The notes under the pieces were generated by a model that was not told the origin of the DNA, ran no database searches, and saw only the letters and a program-made list of their open reading frames with translations. Made by a program: the position numbers and the translations under genes. DNA of 64,000 bases, from NCBI GenBank assembly GCA_016873655.1, contig VGWI01000005.1:1455-65454 (forward strand), written 5' to 3'. Numbering within the stretch: position 1 is the stretch's first letter; every line of letters starts with the position of its first letter. This DNA is from Lentisphaerota bacterium (GTDB lineage Bacteria > Verrucomicrobiota > Kiritimatiellia > UBA8416 > VGWI01). Shown here in pieces: positions 17,695 to 27,332 of this stretch.

Positions 17695-18795
17695 TCACGA
17701 GAACTTGTCGTAGAATATCCTGTCCTCGGGCATGCCCTTCTTCTTCAGCAACTCAACGCAGGCGTCTATCATCAACGGGCTGCCGCAGAGATACGCCTCT
17801 TTCTCGGACACATCACCGGCGCGACGGCCGACGACGTCGGTCACAAGACCGGTCTCGCCGCTCCATTCATCGCCGCCCTCCGGCGCGGCAAGAGAGGGTA
17901 TGAACCTGAACGACGGCATCTCGCGCTCAATCCGCTGCATCAGATCCTCCAGGAACAGGTCTTCCCGAGACCGCGCCCCGAAGTAGTACTCCGCGTTGCG
18001 ACGGCAGCCCGTGCGGGCCATCTCGAGCAGCATTGACTTGATGGGCGCCATCCCTGACCCGCCGGCAATGAAGATCACGTCGCGCCCGGTGTCGGAAAGC
18101 CGGAAGTCGCCGTATGGTCCGTTTATGTTCACCCTTTCGCCGACCTTCAAGTGCCTGTGCACGTAAGTGGTGCAGATGCCGTTCGGCACGTAGCGGATCT
18201 CCAGCTCGATCGCGCCCCGGTCAACCGGGTCGGACGATATGGAGTAGGCCCTGTAGACAGGCTCGTCGGTGAGCTTGTATGCAGGCACTTCGAACTGCAC
18301 GTACTGACCCGCCTTGAACGTCATCGCGCCCGGCTCGATCAGCTTCAGCCGCACTTCCTTGATATCGTGTGTAAGGTCCGCGATCGATGCCACCTCCACT
18401 TCGTACTGGGCAACGGACAGCAGTTCTTCGGGAATCCGGATTGCCAGGTCGCCCTTCACCTTCACCTGGCACGCAAGCCGGACGCCGCCCTTCACTTCAT
18501 CCTTCGAAAGCCACGGCAGCTCAGTGGCAAGGGGCTCTCCGCCGCCTTCCACCCGCACCTTGCACAACCCGCAGGAGCCGCGCCCGCCGCAGGCGGACGG
18601 TATGAAAATGCCGCTGTCCTTCAGCGTGGACAGAAGCGACCGCCCGCCCGCCGCCTTCACTTCGCGGTCCCCGTTCACGCGGACAGTGCATTCCCCGTAG
18701 TCGCCGACTGTCGCGCCGGCAAAAAGGATCAGGCCGGTGAGGACCAGGTTGATCGCCACCGCCACGCCGACCGCCAACAGGAAAGCCCCGAGCAT
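17695..18795 (-). CDS. NqrF-like subunit (TM helix + 2Fe-2S ferredoxin + FAD/NAD(P)H reductase)
   Basis: N-terminal TM helix, ACGGRGSCGLCKV...RLACQV (plant-type 2Fe-2S), RAYSIS (FAD), GGSGMAP (NAD). Confidence 0.85.
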   Translation of the reverse strand: MLGAFLLAVGVAVAINLVLTGLILFAGATVGDYGECTVRVNGDREVKAAGGRSLLSTLKDSGIFIPSACGGRGSCGLCKVRVEGGGEPLATELPWLSKDEVKGGVRLACQVKVKGDLAIRIPEELLSVAQYEVEVASIADLTHDIKEVRLKLIEPGAMTFKAGQYVQFEVPAYKLTDEPVYRAYSISSDPVDRGAIELEIRYVPNGICTTYVHRHLKVGERVNINGPYGDFRLSDTGRDVIFIAGGSGMAPIKSMLLEMARTGCRRNAEYYFGARSREDLFLEDLMQRIEREMPSFRFIPSLAAPEGGDEWSGETGLVTDVVGRRAGDVSEKEAYLCGSPLMIDACVELLKKKGMPEDRIFYDKFS

Positions 18796-18836
18796 TTCGC
18801 CTCCGGTGAAACTGACAAAGCCGACTCTGAATGGAC

Positions 18837-19430
18837 TCAGTTAAGCCGCATCATGCCGTTGAAACCCATGAACGCCAGCGCCATTATGCCCGCGATCACC
18901 AGCGCGAGCCCCGCGCCCTCCATGCCCTTCGGAACACGAGAGCCGCCGATCCTCTGGCGGATTCCCGCCATCGCAAGTATCGCCACGGCCCAGCCCACGC
19001 CGCTCCCCGCACCGTATGCGAGGGATTCGAGAAACGTGTATGACCTGATGACCATGAAAAGGCTCACCCCGAGAATGGCGCAGTTGACCGTTATGAGCGG
19101 CAGGAATATCCCGAGCGCCGCATAGAGCGTGTCGGAAACGCGCTCGATAACCATCTCCACGATCTGAACGAAGGCCGCGATGACCACGATGAAGACAATG
19201 AACCGCAGGTACTCGAGCCCCAGCGGCGCCAGCACGAAGGAGTACACAAGCCAGTTGAGGACGCTCGTGGCAGTCATCACGACAACAACCGCCGCCCCAA
19301 GTCCCATCGATGTCTTCACCTCGCGCGATACGCCGAGAAACGAGCACATTCCGAGGTAGTTCGTGAGAAGTATGTTGTTCGTGAACACCGCCGCGAAAAA
19401 CACGGCAAATGCATGTCCCATGGAGTTCAC
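18837..19430 (-). CDS. RnfA/NqrE-family membrane subunit
   Basis: Polytopic. NNILLTNYLGMCSFLGVS and LPLITVNCAILG are typical of RnfA/NqrE. GTG 19430 overlaps the upstream stop (GTGA); an alternative ATG is at 19421. Confidence 0.85.
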   Translation of the reverse strand: MNSMGHAFAVFFAAVFTNNILLTNYLGMCSFLGVSREVKTSMGLGAAVVVVMTATSVLNWLVYSFVLAPLGLEYLRFIVFIVVIAAFVQIVEMVIERVSDTLYAALGIFLPLITVNCAILGVSLFMVIRSYTFLESLAYGAGSGVGWAVAILAMAGIRQRIGGSRVPKGMEGAGLALVIAGIMALAFMGFNGMMRLN

Positions 19431-20050
19431 CGCGCACCTGCCTTCCCCGCATCCGCCGGCGCGGAATCGAGCCACACGCCTTTCACGATCCATATGAAGA
19501 CGGCCAGCATGAAGAAGGCGCCTGGCGCGGTCACCATGATGGACCAGTTGACCCATCCGTCTCCAAGCACCCTGACACCCCAGATCGTGCCCGAGCCCAG
19601 CAGCTCGCGGAAGAACGCGATGACCAGCAGAACATACGAGTAACCGACGCCGGAGGAGACTCCGTCGGCCAGCGCCGCGCCAGGCGGATTGGTCAGGGCA
19701 AAGGCCTCTGCCCTGCCCATGACTATGCAGTTGGTTATGATCAGGCCGACATACGGGCCGAGCTGGCGCGCTATGTCCGGAACGAACGCCCTCAATGCAA
19801 TGTCAACGACGATGACGTAAGAGGCTATCACCAGCACCTCCACCATCATTCTCACTCGGCCCGGAATCAGCCTGCGCATCGCGGAAACAGTCACGTTCGA
19901 CAGCGCCAGGGTGAAGATAAGCCCCAGGCACATGACCGCCGTGTTCTTGAGCACATTGGTGACTGCCAGCGTGGAGCAGATGCCGAGTATCTGCGCGAAT
20001 ACCGGGTTGTCCCGGCCAAGGTTGCGCAGAACTATCTTCCCGGTTTTCAA
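19427..20050 (-). CDS. RnfE/NqrD-family membrane subunit
   Basis: NPVFAQILGICSTLAVT and GLIITNCIVMGRAEAFA are typical of RnfE/NqrD. The start appears to be TTG at 20050, 1 nt after the upstream stop. Confidence 0.85.
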   Translation of the reverse strand: MKTGKIVLRNLGRDNPVFAQILGICSTLAVTNVLKNTAVMCLGLIFTLALSNVTVSAMRRLIPGRVRMMVEVLVIASYVIVVDIALRAFVPDIARQLGPYVGLIITNCIVMGRAEAFALTNPPGAALADGVSSGVGYSYVLLVIAFFRELLGSGTIWGVRVLGDGWVNWSIMVTAPGAFFMLAVFIWIVKGVWLDSAPADAGKAGAR

Positions 20051-20051
20051 T

Positions 20052-20651
20052 TCATTCCCCTCCCCGGATGTCCGGAATCGCGCCGTTCACAAGATCGCGC
20101 ACGGCCGACGACGTGATCGTCGCGCCGGTTATGGCATCAATCTCCGTCGGAGCTGCCGAGCCTGTCCCCTCGGGAACGAGGCTGAAAGGCCCGGTCTTCC
20201 CGCGGAACTGCCCCACGAACCATGCCTCCTCAATGCGCGCCCCAAGCCCGGGGGTCTCGTTCTGCTCGGTGAACGCCACACCCGTCAACGTCTTCCCGTC
20301 CCCGGAAAAGCCAACCAGCCCGCGCACCCGCCCCCACAAACCCGCCGCCTCCGCCTCCAGCACAACCGCCGCGGAGCCGCCGGTGCCGCCGCGTACCCGG
20401 TAGGCAACGCGGCCCGACTGCAGGACCTCGCGCTCCACATCCCCGGCCCACCACCGGTTCAGCTCTGATGCGCCCGTGGCCGGCAGCCCGGCAGCGGCCC
20501 GCACCGCCTTCCGCAGGAACAGCGACTCGTTGGCGGCCACCACGTTTGCCGTGGCGAGATGCAGACCCGCAACCGCGCCGATGCAGACCGCCGTCACGGC
20601 CGTCATGAACAGCATCGTGGCAAGCCATTCAGAACGCCCGGTCTTTTTCAC
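20052..20651 (-). CDS. RnfG/NqrC-family FMN-binding subunit
   Basis: N-terminal TM anchor, FMN_bind region with GLGARI and the flavinylation-type motif DAITGATITS. GTG 20651 overlaps the RnfD-like stop (GTGA). About 199 aa, which is RnfG-like in size. Confidence 0.8.
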   Translation of the reverse strand: MKKTGRSEWLATMLFMTAVTAVCIGAVAGLHLATANVVAANESLFLRKAVRAAAGLPATGASELNRWWAGDVEREVLQSGRVAYRVRGGTGGSAAVVLEAEAAGLWGRVRGLVGFSGDGKTLTGVAFTEQNETPGLGARIEEAWFVGQFRGKTGPFSLVPEGTGSAAPTEIDAITGATITSSAVRDLVNGAIPDIRGGE

Positions 20652-21589
20652 GCACGCCCTTTCTTCTGGACGGCCCTGATGGCATGGTCGGTTATCGGGG
20701 CGAACATGTTGGCGAGCAGTATCGCGAACATCGTGCCGGCCGGCCACGCGGAGAACACCGATATCACCGGCGACATGGCGCCTATGAAAGCGCCGTAGAT
20801 CCATCTGCCTGGATTGGTCTGGGCGGCGGATACGGGGTCGGTCGCATAGAAGAAGAGCCCGATGGCTATGCTTCCGCCCAGCGCCGTATGCAACGGGTCG
20901 CCGGCGCCTTGAACGCCCGCAAGCCAGAGCGCGGTCTGGGTAACGAAAAACGCCGCCCATGCGGAAACAACGATTCTGTAGTTGGCGGCCTTGGTCCACA
21001 CGAGATACAGGCCGCCCAGTATCGCCAGCAGGGCCGTTGTGCCGCCAACCGTTCCGGACGTCGCGCCGGTAAGCAGCGGCACTATGTCCTGCGCCACCCC
21101 GTCCTTCATGAGCATGCCCGGCGTGGCGCGGGTAACCGCGTCAGCCGCATAAGCCCCCCAGCCGCCGGCAGGGCCGCCAACCGGCTCCACCCACGATGCG
21201 GTCATGTGCCCGCCGAAGCTTGCGTAAAGGAAGGCGCGCCCGGTCAGGGCCGGATTGAACACGTTGCGACCGAACCCGCCGAACACCATCTTCCCGAAGA
21301 GAACCGCCACCACGATCCCGACCGCAACCATCCACATGGGAAGATTCGGGGGGAGCGAGAGAACATACAGGAAACACGTCACGAAAACGGCGGAGCTTAC
21401 CGATTGCCCCCACCTCCGCACAAAGGCGTACTCGGTGAGGAAACCCGCCGCACAGGCGATCGCCAGCATCACGAGAACCCGCCAGCCGAAGAAATGGATC
21501 GAGGCGAGAACTATCGGCGTAAGCGCAAGCAGCACCCGCTTCATCGGCAACTGCCACTTGATCAACGGAACTGAAGATGTCTCGGACAT
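20648..21589 (-). CDS. RnfD/NqrB-family membrane subunit
   Basis: 313 aa, polytopic. GGFGRNVFNPAL and TGATSGT (S/TGAT flavinylation-type motif). Its size is nearer RnfD than NqrB. Confidence 0.85.
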   Translation of the reverse strand: MSETSSVPLIKWQLPMKRVLLALTPIVLASIHFFGWRVLVMLAIACAAGFLTEYAFVRRWGQSVSSAVFVTCFLYVLSLPPNLPMWMVAVGIVVAVLFGKMVFGGFGRNVFNPALTGRAFLYASFGGHMTASWVEPVGGPAGGWGAYAADAVTRATPGMLMKDGVAQDIVPLLTGATSGTVGGTTALLAILGGLYLVWTKAANYRIVVSAWAAFFVTQTALWLAGVQGAGDPLHTALGGSIAIGLFFYATDPVSAAQTNPGRWIYGAFIGAMSPVISVFSAWPAGTMFAILLANMFAPITDHAIRAVQKKGRA

Positions 21590-21849
21590 TCAACACCCCC
21601 CCCCTCGGCAAGGCCCATACGGTAGGCCAGCCGGCTCCGCCATTTCAACCCCATTCCCGCTTGCACCTCATTGCCGGCCTTCGGTCACCGCCGCCATCGC
21701 CGCCCTGTGGTCAGGCCAGGCAACCGCGCTGCGACTTTCACCCATCCCAAGATTCAGTTTGTCCGTTCCCGCGCCCGCGCTTACAATTCAGCCCGCGTAT
21801 CGGGTTTTGCGCCGCCGGGGGCGCGGCGGAACAATAGGGGGATATCACC

Positions 21850-22011
21850 ATGCAGAAGTATGTTTGTGACGTTTGCGGTTACATCTACGATCCGGCAAAG
21901 GGCGACCCCGGCAGCGGCGTGAAGCCGGGCACCTCTTTTGATCAGCTTCCGGATGACTGGGTCTGCCCGGATTGCGCGGCGGGGAAAAGCGATTTCTCGC
22001 CCGTGGAATGA
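21850..22011 (+). CDS. rub: rubredoxin
   Basis: 53-aa ORF, below the ORF-track cutoff: [53 protein letters not shown], with two CxxC pairs in the canonical rubredoxin context. Confidence 0.85.
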   Translation: MQKYVCDVCGYIYDPAKGDPGSGVKPGTSFDQLPDDWVCPDCAAGKSDFSPVE

Positions 22012-22020
22012 CAGGGCGGC

Positions 22021-22803
22021 ATGATTGACCCGGACGCCCTTGAGCGGCTCTATCTCGCGTATAACAAGCGCCGCTACGTTTCTCCGGACCCGCTGCAATT
22101 CCTCTACAACTACAAAGAGCCCGCGGATCGCGAGGTCGTCGGGCTCGTCGCTGCCTCGCTTGCATACGGGCGCGTGGCCCAGATTCTGCGCAGCGTGGAC
22201 AACGCGCTGACCAGACTCGACGGGAAACCGCACCTCACGCTGATATCGTCGTCGCCCCGCGAGCTTGAACGCCGGGCGGCGGGATTCCGGCACCGCTTCA
22301 CGTCGGACTCCGACCTTGCGTCTCTCTTCAAGGGGATCCGCTCGGTCCTTCTGGCACACGGCTCTTTGAAATCATGTTTCCTGGCCGGGCTGGCCGAGAA
22401 GGACAAAACGGTGATCCCGGCGCTGGAGCGATTCAGGGCCCGGTTCGACTGCCCCGCCGCCCACGTGCTGCCTTCCGCCGCCGGAGCGGGCAAACGCCTG
22501 CACCTGTTTCTGCGCTGGATGGTGCGGCACGATGACGTTGACCCGGGGGGCTGGGAGGAGGCAGGCGCGCATCGCCTCCTGATCCCGCTGGACACCCACA
22601 TGTCGCAGTTCGGACGGGAGTTTCACCTGACACGCATGAAGACGTCCGGCCGCAAGATGGCCGAGCAGATAACCGACGGCTTCCGTGCCATCCGGCCAGA
22701 TGACCCGGTCCGCTACGACTTCGTCATCACACGCTTCGGCATACGCAGCGATATGAACCAGTCCGAACGAGCAGCCCTGGGCTCTTTCCCTGCCCGGCCT
22801 TGA
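22021..22803 (+). CDS. TIGR02757/DUF2400-like conserved hypothetical protein
   Basis: 260 aa. The N-terminal LERLYLAYNKRRYVSPDPLQFLYNY...DREVVGLVAASLAYGRV matches my recollection of that family. Confidence 0.6.
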   Translation: MIDPDALERLYLAYNKRRYVSPDPLQFLYNYKEPADREVVGLVAASLAYGRVAQILRSVDNALTRLDGKPHLTLISSSPRELERRAAGFRHRFTSDSDLASLFKGIRSVLLAHGSLKSCFLAGLAEKDKTVIPALERFRARFDCPAAHVLPSAAGAGKRLHLFLRWMVRHDDVDPGGWEEAGAHRLLIPLDTHMSQFGREFHLTRMKTSGRKMAEQITDGFRAIRPDDPVRYDFVITRFGIRSDMNQSERAALGSFPARP

Positions 22804-22805
22804 AC

Positions 22806-23144
22806 TCACCCGTCGGCCGTCGCCTCCGCCACCCACTTCGCATAGTCGGGTGTGACTTCCAGCGGCTCGATGACGATTTCCGGCAGCTCGTACGGGTGAA
22901 GCTTCCGCAGTGCCGCAACCAGCTCCTTCGCCCTGCCGGGCGCGGTTTTCAGCCGCAACAGCCTCTCGGTCTCACGACGCACTTCGCCCTTCCACCTGTA
23001 GACGCTCGTGATCGGCGTGACCTGCCCGCACGCCGCCAGCCGCCCATTGACAAGCTCGTCAGCTATCCTCTCCGCCGTCGCCGCGTCGGAGAAGGTCGTG
23101 GATACCGCGCTGCACATCCCAACGGAACCGTCTGTTGTGAACAT
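22806..23144 (-). CDS. cutA: divalent-cation tolerance protein CutA
   Basis: 112 aa. RLAACGQVTPITSVYRWKGEV..E.E..L.LKT.......L...LRKLHPYELPEIV is the CutA1 pattern. Confidence 0.8.
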   Translation of the reverse strand: MFTTDGSVGMCSAVSTTFSDAATAERIADELVNGRLAACGQVTPITSVYRWKGEVRRETERLLRLKTAPGRAKELVAALRKLHPYELPEIVIEPLEVTPDYAKWVAEATADG

Positions 23145-23301
23145 CTCCGCCCTCCCCTCAGGCAGGTAGATTCGAACACGCGCAGTCCGCCGTCAAGCAC
23201 GCTCGCCCGTTCCTTCCTTGTCCGTTCCGCCGGCCGCCGTGCATAATGTACGCCTGTCACACACACGCCGGAGACCCGGGGCGAACGAAAGACACTGAGA
23301 T

Positions 23302-24939
23302 ATGGAACGGCTGGACGCCATACTGATAGCAGGCGACGAGCCGCTCGAGGTGCTGGGGAAGGATGAGCGGGCGAGCATGCGCCTCGATGTGGACGGACAC
23401 CCGGCGTCGATCGACTTCCTCGACGCATATTTCAGAACCGGCCGCGACGCCGGCAGAGCCTCGTCACTCCTCGCATCCGACGGCCGCCCGTTCCTCTCTC
23501 TGAATGGCGAATACCTCCGGCAGCACCTCGAATCGCGCGGACTCCGCGTCGAGGTGATCCGCAACTACTCGGCCACGCGTGAGCGCTTCCTTGCGGACCT
23601 GGCAACCGCGCCTCCACGGGCAGTCGTGATATCAACCACCTTCCTGCCGTTCGCGGCGCAGATTGACGCCGTCGCCGCGGAAATCAAGCAGGCCGCGCCC
23701 GGAACCGCCGTCATCGCCGGCGGCATACAGGTGTGGAAGTCACACCAGCACCGGTTGATGGCGGAAAAGGGCCTCGTCGGACACGATATCCTGCCCGCGC
23801 TGGCGGAACACAACTACCTCGTGGACCCGGCCCGGCCTTCACCTGTGGATTTCCTCATCATCAGCGAATACGGGGAAAGCACTCTCGCGGACCTGCTGCT
23901 GACTCTGCGCGGCGTAGGCGGAACAGGCTCCGTTCCCAACCTTGCGCGCCAGATGCATGGCAAGTGGCGGATCGGCCGGCTTGAGCCGGAAACACCGCGC
24001 GAGGTGCGCGTTGACTGGGCCCGCGTCTCTTTCCCGCATCCCCGCGTGTATGTGCCGATCGAGTCCGGCGTGGGCTGCGGGTTCCATTGCTCGTTCTGCG
24101 ATTTCCGAGGACTGAGACCCGTACGCCTCCGCAGCGTGCCCTCGGTGGTGGACGAGATACGCTCTATCCCGCCGCAGAGAGACGGTTTCCGCCGCGTGTA
24201 TTTCACCGACGATAACCTGTTCGGATCGAAGAAGCGCGCGGCCGACATCTGCCGCGCGCTCATCACGGCCAAGCTGGCGGTGAGGTGGCGCGGCATGGTC
24301 AGGATAGGCATCGTTGACGGCGAGATCGCGGAGCTGATGGCCCGGTCAGGCTGCCTGGAGATCCTGCTCGGAATAGAATCCGGCGATCCGGACATCCTGC
24401 TTTCGATGAACAAGCAGATCACCCCGGACCGCATACTTGCCGGCGTCAACCATCTGGCCGACCACGGCATAAACACGAAAAGCACCTTCATAGTAGGTTT
24501 CCCGGGCGAGACCGAACGTACGGTATCGAACACCGTGGACCTGCTGAATGCATACCCGTGCGACGGCAACTCGGCCCACAGGTTTCTCTTCTTCATGTTC
24601 GCGGTCCTGCCCCTCTCGCTCACGGCATCGCCCGAATGGCGCGAGCGTTTCGGCATCAAGGGCTACGGCTACAAGTGGCGCCACGCGACGATGGACTCGA
24701 CCGAAGCCGCGTCACATGTCGCCGCCATGCACGACAGGGTGAGGGACGAAATAAGCCCAAGCTACTTACTGGAAGTGCCGGAGCTTAACGGGTTCTCCCA
24801 TGCGCATATAAGGACCGTTTACACCTTGAGGACCAGGCTGGCCCGGGCTCAAAGGGGCGCCGCGTTCGCGGGACGCGAACGGGAACTGTGGGCCGCGATG
24901 GAGAGCCTCTTCCCGACGGGAAAAGGCGCGCACTCCTGA
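23302..24939 (+). CDS. B12-binding-domain radical SAM protein
   Basis: 545 aa. A Rossmann-like N-terminal region is followed by GVGCGFHCSFCDF (CxxxCxxC) and an ELP3-like core. Confidence 0.8.
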   Translation: MERLDAILIAGDEPLEVLGKDERASMRLDVDGHPASIDFLDAYFRTGRDAGRASSLLASDGRPFLSLNGEYLRQHLESRGLRVEVIRNYSATRERFLADLATAPPRAVVISTTFLPFAAQIDAVAAEIKQAAPGTAVIAGGIQVWKSHQHRLMAEKGLVGHDILPALAEHNYLVDPARPSPVDFLIISEYGESTLADLLLTLRGVGGTGSVPNLARQMHGKWRIGRLEPETPREVRVDWARVSFPHPRVYVPIESGVGCGFHCSFCDFRGLRPVRLRSVPSVVDEIRSIPPQRDGFRRVYFTDDNLFGSKKRAADICRALITAKLAVRWRGMVRIGIVDGEIAELMARSGCLEILLGIESGDPDILLSMNKQITPDRILAGVNHLADHGINTKSTFIVGFPGETERTVSNTVDLLNAYPCDGNSAHRFLFFMFAVLPLSLTASPEWRERFGIKGYGYKWRHATMDSTEAASHVAAMHDRVRDEISPSYLLEVPELNGFSHAHIRTVYTLRTRLARAQRGAAFAGRERELWAAMESLFPTGKGAHS

Positions 24940-24961
24940 ACAGCCGGGAGCCGGATTTCAG

Positions 24962-25339
24962 TCAGGCTCCCGGAAACAGGTTCACCAGCATCGGGAGCAG
25001 ATCTTCCCACGCGCGCTGCTTGCCGCAGGTGGCATCGGTGCCCGCATCCAGGGCGGAACCACGGGTCATCCCGTCGTCTTCGAGCGTGAGGATGACCACC
25101 TTCGGCGCATCGGGCAGAGCCTTGATTGTGCGCACTTTGCTCCAGACGTCGGCCCCGGGCATCTTGACGTCTATCACGACCAGGTCGGGCTTCTCGCGAA
25201 CCGCACTCTCGACAACCGCCTCCGCACCCGCCTCCTCGGCGACAACCTGGAATGGCCCGCGGTCCTCCAGGAAACGACGGAGCGACTGCCGCAATACCGG
25301 TGAATCATCTACTACAAGCGTTCGTATGATCCGGTTCAT
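24962..25339 (-). CDS. single-domain response regulator (REC only)
   Basis: TLVVDDSPVLRQSL...PDLVVIDVKMPG...KVVILT are receiver motifs. The start is uncertain (ATG candidates at 25339, 25348 and 25372). The track version overlaps the upstream gene. Confidence 0.7.
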   Translation of the reverse strand: MNRIIRTLVVDDSPVLRQSLRRFLEDRGPFQVVAEEAGAEAVVESAVREKPDLVVIDVKMPGADVWSKVRTIKALPDAPKVVILTLEDDGMTRGSALDAGTDATCGKQRAWEDLLPMLVNLFPGA

Positions 25340-25430
25340 GGGGATCATGGTCCATGATCCCGGCGAATTCATGAATACAGGGAATCCTGTAATCCGCGTC
25401 AGTAATATCCTGTATGCGCGGGGAAGGGAT

Positions 25431-26090
25431 TCAGGCCTGCGTCCAGCCCTGCCTGATGGCGTAGCGGACAACTTCACTGGCCGAATGGGCATCGAGCTTG
25501 CGCATCAAGTTCGCTCTGTGCGTATCAACGGTCAGAACGCTTATTCCGAGTTCGGATGCCATTTCCTTGCTGCTCTTCCCTTCGGCGATGAGCTGGGCGA
25601 TCTCGCGCTCGCGCTCGGTGAGGACCTCGCCACGTTCGCGCAGGGATTCCTGGACGTTGCGCGGCGACGCGTAGTCGCCGAGTAGAAGATCGGAAACATC
25701 CGATGTGAAGAAGGGCTTGTGTTCGGACAGCGCTTCCAGGGCGGCGACAATCAACTCGCCGGCATCGGTCTTCAACATGCAGCCCCTGGCGCCGGCGTCC
25801 AGCACCTCGCGAAGCAACTGACGGGAACTGTGCATCGTGAGGACCAGCACTTCACAGTCAGGAAGGTGACGGCGGATGCGCCGCGCCGCTTCCAGCCCGT
25901 TGAGAAGCGGCATCGTTATGTCCAGGATGGCTATGTCAGGCTTAAGGGCCGCCGCAAGCTCAACGGCATCCCTGCCGTTGTCGGCCTCGCCGACCAACTC
26001 CCACCGGTCGTCGCCGCTCACCAGTGAACGCACACCGCGCCTGACCATTTCGTGATCGTCGGCGATGATTATCCGCCAGCACTTCTTCAC
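25431..26090 (-). CDS. NarL/LuxR-family response regulator
   Basis: REC domain (IIIADDHEMVR...DIAILDITMP) plus a C-terminal LuxR HTH (LTEREREIAQLIAEGKSSKEMASELGISVLTVDTHR). Confidence 0.9.
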   Translation of the reverse strand: MKKCWRIIIADDHEMVRRGVRSLVSGDDRWELVGEADNGRDAVELAAALKPDIAILDITMPLLNGLEAARRIRRHLPDCEVLVLTMHSSRQLLREVLDAGARGCMLKTDAGELIVAALEALSEHKPFFTSDVSDLLLGDYASPRNVQESLRERGEVLTEREREIAQLIAEGKSSKEMASELGISVLTVDTHRANLMRKLDAHSASEVVRYAIRQGWTQA

Positions 26091-27157
26091 TGCTCGATCT
26101 CCATGAACGGAAGAACGGCTTTCACCGTCGTTCCGCCGGGGCCGCTGGCTATATCGAGCCTGCCCCCAAGCTGACGCATGCGTTCACGCATCCCGCGGAT
26201 CCCAATTCCCAGCAGAACGCCGCCAGGGCCGCCTGAACCTGGCAGTTCCCCGGGCATTCCCCTTCCCTTGTCGTTCACCTCAAGCCCGATCTCTCCCGCG
26301 CCCCGAGTAAACCGGACCGCCGCCGTGCTGCTGCCGGAATGCCGCAGAATGTTGGCCAGGCTTTCCTGCATCACCCGGAACAGCGCGGTTTCCGTCTCGG
26401 GAGGCAGGCGGCCGAGGTCCGCCGGCACGTCCAGTTCCACGGCAATGCCGCTTCTGTCCGCAAACCCGTCCACGTATTCCTTGACCACACCGGCCAGCCC
26501 CATCTCCTCAAGCAGAGGCGGATAGAGCAGATGCGACATCGTCTTCAGCTCGGATGCGCAGCGCTCGGCACACACCACGCTGTCGGCCAGCGCGGCCCTG
26601 CCGTCAGCACCCAACGCGTCCATGTGCCTGCGAAGGACGGAAAGGTTCATGGAAAGAGCGGCAAGATCCTGCGCCGTTCCGTCATGCAGCTCGCGCGCAA
26701 GCCGCCGTCTCTCCTCGTCCTGCAACTGCAGGAGCCTGGCCGACATGTCGTGCAAAGCCTTCTGGTTAGCCGCCCGCTCTATCGCGTAGGTGATGGAACG
26801 TTTGAGCAGGGATTCGTCAACCTGATCTTTCACCAGGTAATCCTGCGCCCCGGCTTTCATCGCTTCGTGGGCAACTTCGTCGTCGTTCAAAACGGTGAGA
26901 ATCACGATCGGCGTATCGCCAGCGGCCGCGCGCATCCGGGAAAAAGTCTCTATCCTGCGGCTGTCGGGAAGTCCCAGGTCGAGCAGAACCACGTCAAACC
27001 CGCCTGCGCGGATCGCCGACAGCGCCTCTGCCAGCGAGCCGGCCGCGTCAACGGTGAAACGGCCGTGCCCTTTCCTGACAAGCAGGTCACGCACGAGATA
27101 AACGAAACCCGCGTTGTCCTCGACAAGAAGAACTCTGGTTGCTTCTGCTGTGGACAC
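26087..27157 (-). CDS. hybrid histidine kinase (REC + HisKA_3 + HATPase_c)
   Basis: VLLVEDNAGF...VVLLDLGLPD receiver, then ERRRLARELHDGTAQDL (the HisKA_3 H-box), then N/G boxes. The GTG at 27157 is the first start downstream of the tRNA. The 443-aa track ORF reads through tRNA-Gly. Confidence 0.8.
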   Translation of the reverse strand: MSTAEATRVLLVEDNAGFVYLVRDLLVRKGHGRFTVDAAGSLAEALSAIRAGGFDVVLLDLGLPDSRRIETFSRMRAAAGDTPIVILTVLNDDEVAHEAMKAGAQDYLVKDQVDESLLKRSITYAIERAANQKALHDMSARLLQLQDEERRRLARELHDGTAQDLAALSMNLSVLRRHMDALGADGRAALADSVVCAERCASELKTMSHLLYPPLLEEMGLAGVVKEYVDGFADRSGIAVELDVPADLGRLPPETETALFRVMQESLANILRHSGSSTAAVRFTRGAGEIGLEVNDKGRGMPGELPGSGGPGGVLLGIGIRGMRERMRQLGGRLDIASGPGGTTVKAVLPFMEIEQ

Positions 27158-27171
27158 CTGAAGCCCGGAAA

Positions 27172-27246
<75 letters not shown>

Positions 27247-27332
27247 CCGAGTGCGCGGCAAGGATAGCCGTATCCCCGCCGCAAATACAAGCTCCAGTTA
27301 CGGGTGCATGCGCATAGGCGCCGCCCCGCCGT

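Noticed and set aside
23145-23301. A possible cobalamin riboswitch upstream of the B12-binding radical SAM gene, and a possible TPP riboswitch upstream of thiD (30272-30343).
   Set aside because: I could see no B12-box-like or THI-box-like conserved core. thiD follows argG with only a few nucleotides of spacer, so it has no leader.
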